Below, in pieces: positions 23,980-31,492 of a stretch of DNA of 64,000 nucleotides. Made by a program: the position numbers and the translations under genes. The DNA is from an uncultured Alphaproteobacteria bacterium (GTDB lineage: Bacteria; Pseudomonadota; Alphaproteobacteria; Rhizobiales; Rhizobiaceae). Position 1 is the stretch's first letter; each line of letters begins with the position of its first letter. The notes under the pieces are model-generated. The model was not told the origin of the DNA. It was given only the letters and a program-made list of their open reading frames with translations, and did no database searches. The stretch covers positions 43,498 to 107,497 of the forward strand of contig CAWIQE010000038.1 of assembly GCA_963838155.1 (NCBI GenBank), given 5' to 3'.

Positions 23980-24915
23980 ATGACGCGCGTCTCGCCGCCC
24001 CATACCGGGCAGGGAGCGACGGGCACCGCCGGAGGCGGTGCCCGAACGGCCGCATCGGCCGCTCCATCCGCATCGCGGCGTATTACCGCCGAGAGCATCT
24101 GGGGAATCGCCTTCATCCTCCCCTATTTGGCGGTGTTCTGCCTGTTCGTCGTCTATCCCGTCGGCTACGGCCTCTGGCTCGGGACGCGGTGGTCGAGCTT
24201 CCAGACGCTCCTGAACGACCCCATCTACTATCGTACGATCTTCAACACGCTCCTGCTGCTGGTCGTCGGCGTCAACATCAAGATGGCGCTCGCCCTGCTG
24301 CTGTCGGGCTTCTTCCTGCAGCGCTACAAATTCATGCCGCTGCTGCTGCTGATCTTCATTCTGCCCTGGGCCATGCCCGCCATACCGACCTTCATCTCGG
24401 TCCGCTGGATGCTGAACAGCCAGTGGGGCATCATCAACAACGTCATCTGGGCGGTTGCGCAGGTCGACGGTCCGGGCTGGCTCACCAACCCGACCCTCGC
24501 CATGGGAAGCGTCATCGTCTTCTACATCTGGAAATGGCTGCCCTTCTGGACGGTGATCTTCATCGCCGGCCGCACCGCGATCCCCACCGAGCTATACGAG
24601 GCGGCGTGGCTCGACGGCGCCAACAGCGTCCAGCTCTTCCGCTTCATCACCTTCCCGATGATGGCCAGCCTCTACCTCATCTGCACCGTGCTTTCGACCA
24701 TCTGGACGCTCGGAGACTACAACACCGTGCGCTTCATCACCGGCGGCGGACCGACGCTGTCGACGCACGTGCTCGCCACGCTCGGAATCCGCGACGCCTT
24801 CGAGGTCGGCCGGCCCTCCGTCGGCATGGCGGCGGTGATCTCGGCCCTGCCGGTGCTCGTTCCGCTGGTCGTTCTCCTGATCTGGCGCATGAACAAGGAA
24901 AGGGTACAGCTATGA
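23980..24915 (+). CDS. carbohydrate ABC transporter permease (MalF/UgpA-like)
   Basis: 311 aa, 6 TM segments, with an EAA-type loop (LYEAAWLDGANSVQLFRFITFPMM). Confidence 0.9.
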   Translation: MTRVSPPHTGQGATGTAGGGARTAASAAPSASRRITAESIWGIAFILPYLAVFCLFVVYPVGYGLWLGTRWSSFQTLLNDPIYYRTIFNTLLLLVVGVNIKMALALLLSGFFLQRYKFMPLLLLIFILPWAMPAIPTFISVRWMLNSQWGIINNVIWAVAQVDGPGWLTNPTLAMGSVIVFYIWKWLPFWTVIFIAGRTAIPTELYEAAWLDGANSVQLFRFITFPMMASLYLICTVLSTIWTLGDYNTVRFITGGGPTLSTHVLATLGIRDAFEVGRPSVGMAAVISALPVLVPLVVLLIWRMNKERVQL

Positions 24916-25772
24916 GCGCGAGCGGCGGCCGCCTCGGCCACAGCCCCCTGCAGCGGCTCGGGACGCTGGCGATCAGCATCGTGATCCTGTTCTGGACGCT
25001 CCTGCCGATCTACAACATGGTGATCGTCGCCATGGAGCCGAAGCAGATCGTCTTCAGCGGCTCGCCCTGGCCGAAGAACCTCACCTTCGGGAATTTCTGG
25101 ACGGTGATCACCCAGAATTTCTGGTACCTCGGCCACTTCTGGCGGCAGATGCTCAACAGCCTGTTCGTCGGGCTGGTGACGGCCGGGCTCGTGATCGCCA
25201 TCGGCACCATGGCGAGCTTCGCGATCCATCGCCTGAAGGTGCGGGGCGGCTTCCTCCTGTCGAACGCCGCGCTCTTGAGCTACGCGATCCCGCTCTCGTT
25301 CCTGGCCATCCCCTTCTACAACATCCTCTACGCCTACGGCCTGCTGGACACGCTCTGGGCGCTGATCATCGTCGAGGTGACCTTCGCCTCGCCCTACGCC
25401 ATCTTCATCTTCTCGCAATACAGCACCTCGATCCCGATGGAGCTGGACGAGGCCGCCAAGATCGACGGTGCCAGCGTCCCCCAGATCTTCTGGCGGGTCT
25501 TCCTGCCGCTGATGACGCCGGCCATCGTCGCCGTCGGCACCTATTCGCTCCTTCTCGCCTGGAACGAATATCTCTACGCCTTCCTGCTCCTGTCGTCCGA
25601 GACGCAGGTCACCGTGCCGGTCGCCCTCGGCCACTTCCTGTCGAGCGACGACTCGCCGTGGAACATCCTGATGGCGGCGGCGCTCGTCTATTCCCTGCCG
25701 CCGCTCTTCATCTACTACCTGACCCGCAACCGCATGACGACGGGCATGACCATAGGCGGCGTGAAAGGCTAG
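24912..25772 (+). CDS. carbohydrate ABC transporter permease (MalG/UgpE-like)
   Basis: ATG 24912 overlaps the upstream stop (ATGA). LDEAAKIDGASVPQIFWRVFLPLMTPA EAA loop. 286 aa. Confidence 0.9.
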   Translation: MSASGGRLGHSPLQRLGTLAISIVILFWTLLPIYNMVIVAMEPKQIVFSGSPWPKNLTFGNFWTVITQNFWYLGHFWRQMLNSLFVGLVTAGLVIAIGTMASFAIHRLKVRGGFLLSNAALLSYAIPLSFLAIPFYNILYAYGLLDTLWALIIVEVTFASPYAIFIFSQYSTSIPMELDEAAKIDGASVPQIFWRVFLPLMTPAIVAVGTYSLLLAWNEYLYAFLLLSSETQVTVPVALGHFLSSDDSPWNILMAAALVYSLPPLFIYYLTRNRMTTGMTIGGVKG

Positions 25773-25814
25773 AAACGGAAACGGCGCGAAGCGCGGAAGC
25801 GCTCAAATCCGGAG

Positions 25815-26480
25815 CTAGCCGGCGGGCGAAAGGGCGGGTTCGCCTGGCCGGGGCTCGGGGTCGCCGAGGGTCCTGTGGTCCGGGCGGTTCAGGAGCTTCG
25901 CCGTCGCCGAGAAGAACGCCCGGTCGAAATCGAGCTCCGGCGCGACCTTGGCATAGTCGTCGTCGACGAGCAGCGAGGCCGCGCCGTGGACGAAGGTCCA
26001 CAATTGCAGCGCGACGACCTGCGGATCGTCCTCGACATGGTTGGCCGCGCAATAGGCTTCGACTTCGCGGATGACGAAGCCGAAACATGCCTTGCCGCGG
26101 TCGGCGACCTCCGCGTTCGCGGCGAGCGCCGGCGTCTGTCCGAACATCAGCCGGAACAGCGGACGCTGCCTGGCGGCATGCTCGATATAGAACCGTTCGA
26201 TCGCCACGATCCGCTCGACGGAACCCGCCGGATGGCGATCCGCTGCCGAGGCCATCCCGTCCTTCAAGGCATCGAACGCCTGGGAAACGACGTTGCCGAG
26301 AATCTCGTCCTTGTTGCGGAAATGCCGATAGGGCGCGGCGGTGGAGACGCCGGCGATCCGGCACGCCTCGGCCAGCGAGAAGTTGCGTTCGCCGCGACTG
26401 AGGATCAGTTCCCGCGCCGCCTCGATCAGCGCCCGGCGCAGCCCTCCGTGGTGGTAGGCTCCTGTTGACTTTTCCGACAT
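25815..26480 (-). CDS. TetR/AcrR family transcriptional regulator
   Basis: ATG 26480 (MSEKSTGAYHHGGLRRALIEAARELILSRGERNFSLAEACRIAGVSTAAPYRHFRNKDEIL), a typical TetR HTH. Confidence 0.88.
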   Translation of the reverse strand: MSEKSTGAYHHGGLRRALIEAARELILSRGERNFSLAEACRIAGVSTAAPYRHFRNKDEILGNVVSQAFDALKDGMASAADRHPAGSVERIVAIERFYIEHAARQRPLFRLMFGQTPALAANAEVADRGKACFGFVIREVEAYCAANHVEDDPQVVALQLWTFVHGAASLLVDDDYAKVAPELDFDRAFFSATAKLLNRPDHRTLGDPEPRPGEPALSPAG

Positions 26481-26570
26481 CTCGTCTCGCCGATCAAACC
26501 GGTTGCAGCGACCCGCCAGGGCGCCGCAGGGAGATGCCCCCACGGGCTATACCTATGGTGTCCGGCGGCG

Positions 26571-26594
26571 TTCCACCATTCACCTTTGGTGGAG
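26571..26594. promoter_or_regulatory. inverted repeat upstream of the TetR gene (candidate operator)
   Basis: TTCCACCA-N8-TGGTGGAG (7 of 8 complementary), overlapping a second IR ATGGTG-N13-CACCAT (26555-26579). Confidence 0.25.
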
Positions 26595-26602
26595 GGCGCT
26601 CC

Positions 26603-26641
26603 TCAAAACGCGTGCAGGGCGCGACAAGCGTCGCGCCCTGC
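26603..26641 (-). terminator. rho-independent terminator downstream of the His-rich gene
   Basis: Minus strand: 12-bp stem GCAGGGCGCGAC/GTCGCGCCCTGC (26614-26641), loop of 4, then ACGCGTTTTG. It lies 35 nt after the frame-B stop at 26676. Confidence 0.65.
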
Positions 26642-27706
26642 TTCGAAACGGCACGTGGCCGTGGCGGGATTGCGGTCAGGAGCAGCCGCAACCGCCACCG
26701 CTGTTGCCGTGATTGTTCCCATGGCCGCCATGGTTGCCGTTGTTGCCATGGCCGCCGTGGTTGCCGTTGTTCCCATGGCCGCCGTGGTTGCCGTTGTTCC
26801 CATGGCCGCCGTGGTTGCCGTTGTTCCCATGGCCGCCGTGGTTGCCGTTGTTCCCATGGCCGCCGTGGTTGCCGTTGTTCCCATGGTGGCCATGGTTGCC
26901 GTTGTTGCCATGGTCGCCATGGTTGCCGTTGTTGCCATGGTGGCCGTTGTTGCCATGGTGGCCATTGTTCGCCATGGTGGCCATTGTTCCCATGGTGGCC
27001 ATTGTTGCCATGGTGGCCATTGTTGCCACGGTGGCCGCGATGCCCATTGTTGCCATGGTGGCCGCGATGCCCGCGATGGCCGATGTGACTTGCCGCGGTG
27101 ATGCCCGCGATGGCCGTCGTGACCGCCACGGTGATGCCCGCGATGGCCGTCGTGACCGCCACGGTGATGCCCGCGATGGCCGTCGTGATCTCCGCGGTGA
27201 TGCCCGCGATGGCCGTCGTGATGCCCGCGGTGGTGCCCGCGATGGCCGTCGTGATGCCCGCGGTGGTGCCCGCGATGGCCGTCGTGATGCCCGCGATGGT
27301 GCCCGCGATGGCCGTCGTGATGCCCGCGGTGATGCCCGCGATGGCCGTCGTGATGCCCGCGGTGATGCCCGCGATGGCCGTCGTGATGGTGATGGCCGTG
27401 ATGGCCGCCGCCGTTGGGCGGGGGCGGATCGCCGGGAGGCTGGCCGCCGCCTCCATTCGGCTTGCCGCCGGTCCTGCGATCGTCGCCACTGCCTTCGGCG
27501 ACCGGATCGGACTTGATCAAGGCCGTCGTGCGCGGCGGACACTTGTAGGGTCGATGGACGGACGCACCGACGCGTTCATGGCACCGCCGGGCGGCATCGG
27601 CTCCGATCTTGTCCGCTGCCGAAGCTGCCAGGCTTGTCCCCCAAATGCACAGTCCAGTTAGTATGACGGTCGACGCCGCCTTCGTAATCAACTTGCCGAA
27701 TGTCAT
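26603..27706 (-). CDS. secreted histidine-rich tandem-repeat protein (as-encoded ORF; probable true stop at 26676 after two +1 frame changes)
   Basis: ATG 27706 with GGAGTAGGAATAA upstream. Sec-type signal MTFGKLITKAASTVILTGLCIWGTSLAASA|AD. Nine copies of DGHRGHHRG(HH). The His/Asn/Gly-rich reading then continues in the other two frames to ...GNSGGGCGCS*. The frame-A tail (PPWQQW, MATTAT) reads through the terminator hairpin. Confidence 0.6.
   Translation of the reverse strand: MTFGKLITKAASTVILTGLCIWGTSLAASAADKIGADAARRCHERVGASVHRPYKCPPRTTALIKSDPVAEGSGDDRRTGGKPNGGGGQPPGDPPPPNGGGHHGHHHHDGHRGHHRGHHDGHRGHHRGHHDGHRGHHRGHHDGHRGHHRGHHDGHRGHHRGHHDGHRGHHRGDHDGHRGHHRGGHDGHRGHHRGGHDGHRGHHRGKSHRPSRASRPPWQQWASRPPWQQWPPWQQWPPWEQWPPWRTMATMATTATMATTATMATMATTATMATMGTTATTAAMGTTATTAAMGTTATTAAMGTTATTAAMGTTATTAAMATTATMAAMGTITATAVAVAAAPDRNPATATCRFEAGRDACRALHAF
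26719..27090. repeat. tandem array of 27-nt and 18-nt units (GNNGNHGGH / GHHGNN on the minus strand)
   Basis: Six 27-nt units CCATGGCCGCCGTGGTTGCCGTTGTTC (five identical), then variants. 18-nt units CCATGGTGGCCATTGTTG follow, one of which is 19 nt (26953-26971). Confidence 0.9.
27098..27394. repeat. tandem array of about nine 33-nt units (HHDGHRGHHRG on the minus strand)
   Basis: Unit GTGATGCCCGCGATGGCCGTCGTGACCGCCACG repeated head-to-tail with a few substitutions. Confidence 0.9.
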
Positions 27707-27737
27707 TTATTCCTACTCCACTAAAGAATTACAGCGC

Positions 27738-27776
27738 TTATTAGCATATTGTTAATTTCGCATCAACTAATATGAT
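27738..27776. promoter_or_regulatory. overlapping divergent sigma70-like promoters in an AT-rich spacer
   Basis: Minus strand: TTGATG (27766-27761), 17 nt, TAATAA (27743-27738), toward the His-rich gene. Plus strand: TTGTTA (27749-27754), 16 nt, TATGAT (27771-27776), toward the BTLCP gene. Confidence 0.4.
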
Positions 27777-27861
27777 CGGCTCCGGTGATTCGCCGGCGCT
27801 CCTGATCGGTTCACGAAATGGGAGAAGGCTGCCATACTGTCGGCACGGAGGGACGACCGCG

Positions 27862-28492
27862 ATGTCGAAGTCCGCCGCCCTGGCCGCCGCGCTCCTGGGA
27901 GCCGCCGGCTGTACACCCCTGACCACCGGAGCGATCGACGGCATCGCCACGGGATCGATCGGCCTGCCGACACCCATGGCGACCTATGGCGACGCGCTGG
28001 CGCCGCCGGCGTTCTACGACTTCTGCTTCCGCTTCCAGAACCTCTGCAGCACGAGCGGCAGCAAGGATCCCTCGACCTTGTCGCCGGACGCCGAACGGCA
28101 GCTGCAACGGGTCAACGCCTCGGTCAACGCGGCCGTGCGCGAGATCCCCGACGCGCTGAGCGAAGGCGGCGAGGACGTCTGGATGCCGGCGACCGCCGTC
28201 GGGGACTGCGAGGACATCGCGATCCTCAAGAAGCAGCGCCTGCTCGACCTGGGATGGCCCGCTTCAAGCCTCCTCCTGACCGTCGTCCGGGAGCCGGGAA
28301 ACGAACGAGGGCCACACGCTCCTGACGGTGCGCACGGACCGAGGCGACCTCGCCCTCGACAATCTGACAGACGACATCAGGCAGTGGTGGTACACCCCCT
28401 ACCGCTTCTATGCCCGCCAGGCCGTCGGCGGGACGGGAGACTGGGAGTTCATCGCCGAGGACACGACCGGCTGGGAGGCGCGGCTCTATTAA
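27862..28492 (+). pseudogene. transglutaminase-like cysteine peptidase (BTLCP / LapG-like, COG3672), frameshifted near 28296
   Basis: ATG 27862 after GGAGGG. Lipoprotein signal MSKSAALAAALLGAAGC and catalytic Cys context GDCEDIAILKKQRLL in frame 1. The His/Asp half (EGHTLLTVRTDRGDLALDNLTDDIRQWWYTPYRFYARQ...ARLY*) is in the +1 frame. Confidence 0.8.
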
Positions 28493-28650
28493 AGCAATTC
28501 CAGGAAAAGTGGGAACCGGTTTTCCGTCCGGAATTGCGCCAAGCAAAAACTCAATTCCAGGAAAAGTGGGAACCGGTTCCTAATCTGGACTCGCGCGACG
28601 CAAGGACTTAATTCCGCGACACGGGCTTTCCGTCCGGCACCGCGCAAGGG
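28493..28650. repeat. intergenic hairpin repeat, locus R2 (one full plus two degenerate units in tandem)
   Basis: CAATTCCAGGAAAAGTGGGAACCGGTTTTCCGTCCGGAATTG (28495-28536), a second CAATTCCAGGAAAAGTGGGAACCGGTT at 28552-28578, and a third degenerate unit GGGCTTTCCGTCCGGCACCGCGC at 28623-28645. Confidence 0.75.
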
Positions 28651-28672
28651 AAAAGTCCCCGGGATACCGTCG

Positions 28673-30049
28673 TCAGAGGACCGGTGACCCGAGCCGGAAG
28701 ATGCCTTCGACGAAGCGTCGGAAGAGGCCGCCCGAGACGGCGTATTCCATGCAGTCCGCCTGCTGCCGCTCGAACCATGCCTGGACCTCTTCGAGCGACT
28801 GCGCGTCGTAGAGGAACAGCGCCGTCTCGAAATTGAGCAGCATGCTGCGCACGTCGAAATTGGCGGAGCCGACATAGGCGACATCGTCGACGATGCCGGC
28901 CTTGGCGTGGAGCATGCCATCCGTGTACTGCAGGATCCGGCAGCCGGCGCCCGCCAGCTCGCGCACATAGGCGCCGCGCGCGAAATCGGCGATCCGGTGG
29001 TTCGAGCGCCGCGGAACCACGATGCGCACGTCCAGCCCGCGCCGCGCCGCCGTCGACAGCGCCTGGCCGAGGAATTCCGTCGGCAGGAAATAGGGCGTGG
29101 CGATCCAGACGCGCCGGCGCGCGGCGTGGATGGCATAGACGAGGCCGTCGTGCAGCGCGTCGTCCTCGCGGTCCGGCCCCGAGGCGACCAGCTGGGCGAC
29201 GGCGGTGCCGGCCCCGGCGGCAAAGGCGCCGGCCGGCGTTTCCGCGGACCCGCCGCCGACCGCGGCCCAGTCGGACGCGTGGACGTCGCAGAACGGCCGC
29301 ACCGCCGGGCCCTCGATCCGGTAGGACAGGTCGCTCCAGCGGCCGGCACGGGGCGCCGGGCCCATATAGTCCTCGCCGACGTTCATGCCCCCCGCGAACA
29401 CCCGCGCCCGGTCGGCGATGACCATCTTTCGGTGGTTGCGCAGGTTCAGGTGTCCCTTCGCCGGCAGGTGGACGATCGGCGAGAAATAGCGGATTTCCCC
29501 GCCCGCCCGGCGCAGGCGGCTGAGCGCCTCCCCCGGCCGCTTCAGGTCCCCGAGACGGTCGATGATGAGGCGCACCCGCACGCCGCTCCGCGCCGCCTGC
29601 TCGAGCGCGTCGACGAAGGTCCGGCCGGCCGCGTCGTCGGCGATGAGGTAGAACGTGATGTCGAGGCGCTGCCGGGCGCTCGCGACGACCTCCATCATCG
29701 CGGCGAACGCATCCGCCCCGTCGCTCAGGAGCACCAGCGCGTTCCCGCCGGTGGCCGCCGGAAGGCCGAAGCGCGTGAACACGCGCTCCAGCTCGCTCGA
29801 CCGGTGGCCGGGAACGTCCTTGCCGTGGGGGGAAAAGGCGATCGCCGCGAAGCCGGAGCCGGTCTTTCGCACGCCGAGCATGACGAGCAGCGGCACCGCG
29901 ACATAGGGCAGCGCGAGAATGAAGAGCAGCCAGGCCGCCGCCGACTGCGGGGTGCGGCGCTGCTGCAGCACGAAGACGGCGGCCAGGAGCGTCAATGCGA
30001 CGCCCAGGACGACCGTCAGGTGATCGGCGAGCCAGGACAATTCGACCAT
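28673..30049 (-). CDS. cls: cardiolipin synthase (phospholipase D family, two HKD motifs)
   Basis: ATG 30049 (MVELSWLADHLTVVLGVALTLL...). Two N-terminal TMs. HRKMVIAD and HAKAGIVDDVAYVGSANFD HKD motifs. Confidence 0.88.
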   Translation of the reverse strand: MVELSWLADHLTVVLGVALTLLAAVFVLQQRRTPQSAAAWLLFILALPYVAVPLLVMLGVRKTGSGFAAIAFSPHGKDVPGHRSSELERVFTRFGLPAATGGNALVLLSDGADAFAAMMEVVASARQRLDITFYLIADDAAGRTFVDALEQAARSGVRVRLIIDRLGDLKRPGEALSRLRRAGGEIRYFSPIVHLPAKGHLNLRNHRKMVIADRARVFAGGMNVGEDYMGPAPRAGRWSDLSYRIEGPAVRPFCDVHASDWAAVGGGSAETPAGAFAAGAGTAVAQLVASGPDREDDALHDGLVYAIHAARRRVWIATPYFLPTEFLGQALSTAARRGLDVRIVVPRRSNHRIADFARGAYVRELAGAGCRILQYTDGMLHAKAGIVDDVAYVGSANFDVRSMLLNFETALFLYDAQSLEEVQAWFERQQADCMEYAVSGGLFRRFVEGIFRLGSPVL

Positions 30050-30169
30050 CCGCGCTTGCCCGGCAGGCAGGACGCCGCACCGCCGGGCATGGGCCGGGGC
30101 GACGGGGAACGACGGCACTGCCGGTCGGGACCGGTTCCAGCTTGCCGGAGCGCCCCCCTCGGGCGAAAG

Positions 30170-30940
30170 CTAGACCTTTGCACTATGGTCCCGTACCGCC
30201 TCGCCGAAGGCCGAGAAGAGAGCACGGTTGATCGGGTTCGTCTGAGGATCGTATTCCGCATGCCACTGCACGCCGAGCGCAAAACCCGCCGCGTCCCGGA
30301 TGCGGATCGCTTCGATCGTCTCGTCCTCGGCGATTCCCTCGGCGATCACCCGGTCGCCGGCCTTCAGGATCCCCTGCCCGTGCAGCGAATTCACGCGGAT
30401 CACGTCGCGGCCGAAGATCTGCGCGAACGCGCCGCCGCGCATGAGCCGGACGTCGTGCCGGTCGGCGAAGACGACCTCGGGATCCGGATGGATCTCGCCG
30501 TTCTCCAGCCGCGGCATGCGGTGGTTCATCCGGCCCGGCAATTCGCGGATCTCCGGATGCAGGGTGCCGCCGAAGGCGACGTTCATCTCCTGGAACCCCC
30601 GGCAGACGCCGAAGACCGGCACGCCGCGTTCCACGCAGGCCTGGACCAGCGGCAGCGCCAGCCCGTCGCGATCCTCGTCATAGGGCTCGTGCCTGGGATC
30701 GGGGGGCGCGCTGAAGTGGCGCGGGTGGACGTTGGCGCGCGCTCCCGTCAGGAGGATTCCGTCGACGACGGACAGGAGATCGGGAATGTCCGTGATCTCC
30801 GGATTTCCCGCGAACATCAGCGGCAGAGCGCCGGCGACGTCGGTCACCGCCCGCATGTTCCTTTCCCCGACCAGTTGGGCGGGAAACCTGTTCTCCACCA
30901 CGAAGGGGTTCCCGATCACCCCGATCACCGGTTTCTTCAT
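30170..30940 (-). CDS. gamma-glutamyl-gamma-aminobutyrate hydrolase family protein (peptidase C26, class I GATase; PuuD-like)
   Basis: ATG 30940 (MKKPVIGVIGNP...). GVCRGFQEMNVAFGGTL nucleophile elbow and GVQWHAE motif. Confidence 0.85.
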   Translation of the reverse strand: MKKPVIGVIGNPFVVENRFPAQLVGERNMRAVTDVAGALPLMFAGNPEITDIPDLLSVVDGILLTGARANVHPRHFSAPPDPRHEPYDEDRDGLALPLVQACVERGVPVFGVCRGFQEMNVAFGGTLHPEIRELPGRMNHRMPRLENGEIHPDPEVVFADRHDVRLMRGGAFAQIFGRDVIRVNSLHGQGILKAGDRVIAEGIAEDETIEAIRIRDAAGFALGVQWHAEYDPQTNPINRALFSAFGEAVRDHSAKV

Positions 30941-31145
30941 GAGACGGTCTCGCTTTCGAGAAGCCATGGTTCCGGAAGATCCGCCGCGGTGATGCGACGA
31001 ACCATGACGCGACATGCGACGCGTTCGCCCGCCCGTGAAACGGCCCTCGTCCTCTCGTATCGGATACCCTCTGTGACGGCGGGTGCGCAAGTGGCAAGGG
31101 GGCCGCAAGGCCCGCACGTCCCCGGCCCGCTCGCCGGTCCGCGCC

Positions 31146-31352
31146 TCAATCGTCCTTCGGCAAGGGCTCGCAAGGCGCCTCGACCCCGGCCGCGCGATGC
31201 TCCGCGTTGAGGGCGGCGCACAGCGCCCGCGCCTCCTCCTCGCCGAGACACATCAGAATGGCGTCATAGGCAACCGCGGGACAATCCGTCAGGAGATCCC
31301 AGACGAGCCAGCCGTCCGGCGGTTCCTGGAGGCATTCGTATCGGTCGCGCAA
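31146..31352 (-). CDS. hypothetical small protein (68 aa)
   Basis: TTG start with GAAAGG upstream. GC-rich third positions. No family recognised. Confidence 0.35.
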   Translation of the reverse strand: MRDRYECLQEPPDGWLVWDLLTDCPAVAYDAILMCLGEEEARALCAALNAEHRAAGVEAPCEPLPKDD

Positions 31353-31492
31353 GGAACGCCTTTCGGATTCTACCTTAGATCACCATAAAATAAGAGACGA
31401 TTTGCCGCAATCGCGGCCGGCGGGCGAAACCAGCCGGCCGGCAGCTTCGGGTCCGGATCGCGCGGGATCGGACGCCCGCGCGTGGCGCGGGG

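Noticed and set aside
26700-27400. Possible CRISPR array, because of regular short repeats
   Set aside because: The units are directly tandem with no unique spacers, their lengths are multiples of 3, and they lie inside a coding frame. No cas genes are nearby.
26465-27516. Plus-strand ORFs across the tandem repeats (CHGRRGCRCSHG..., MAAVVAVVPMAAVV..., PWPPWLPLFPW...)
   Set aside because: These are mechanical consequences of a stop-free 18/27/33-nt repeat read in other frames. They have no RBS and no sensible N-termini. The minus strand has the proper promoter, RBS, signal peptide and terminator.
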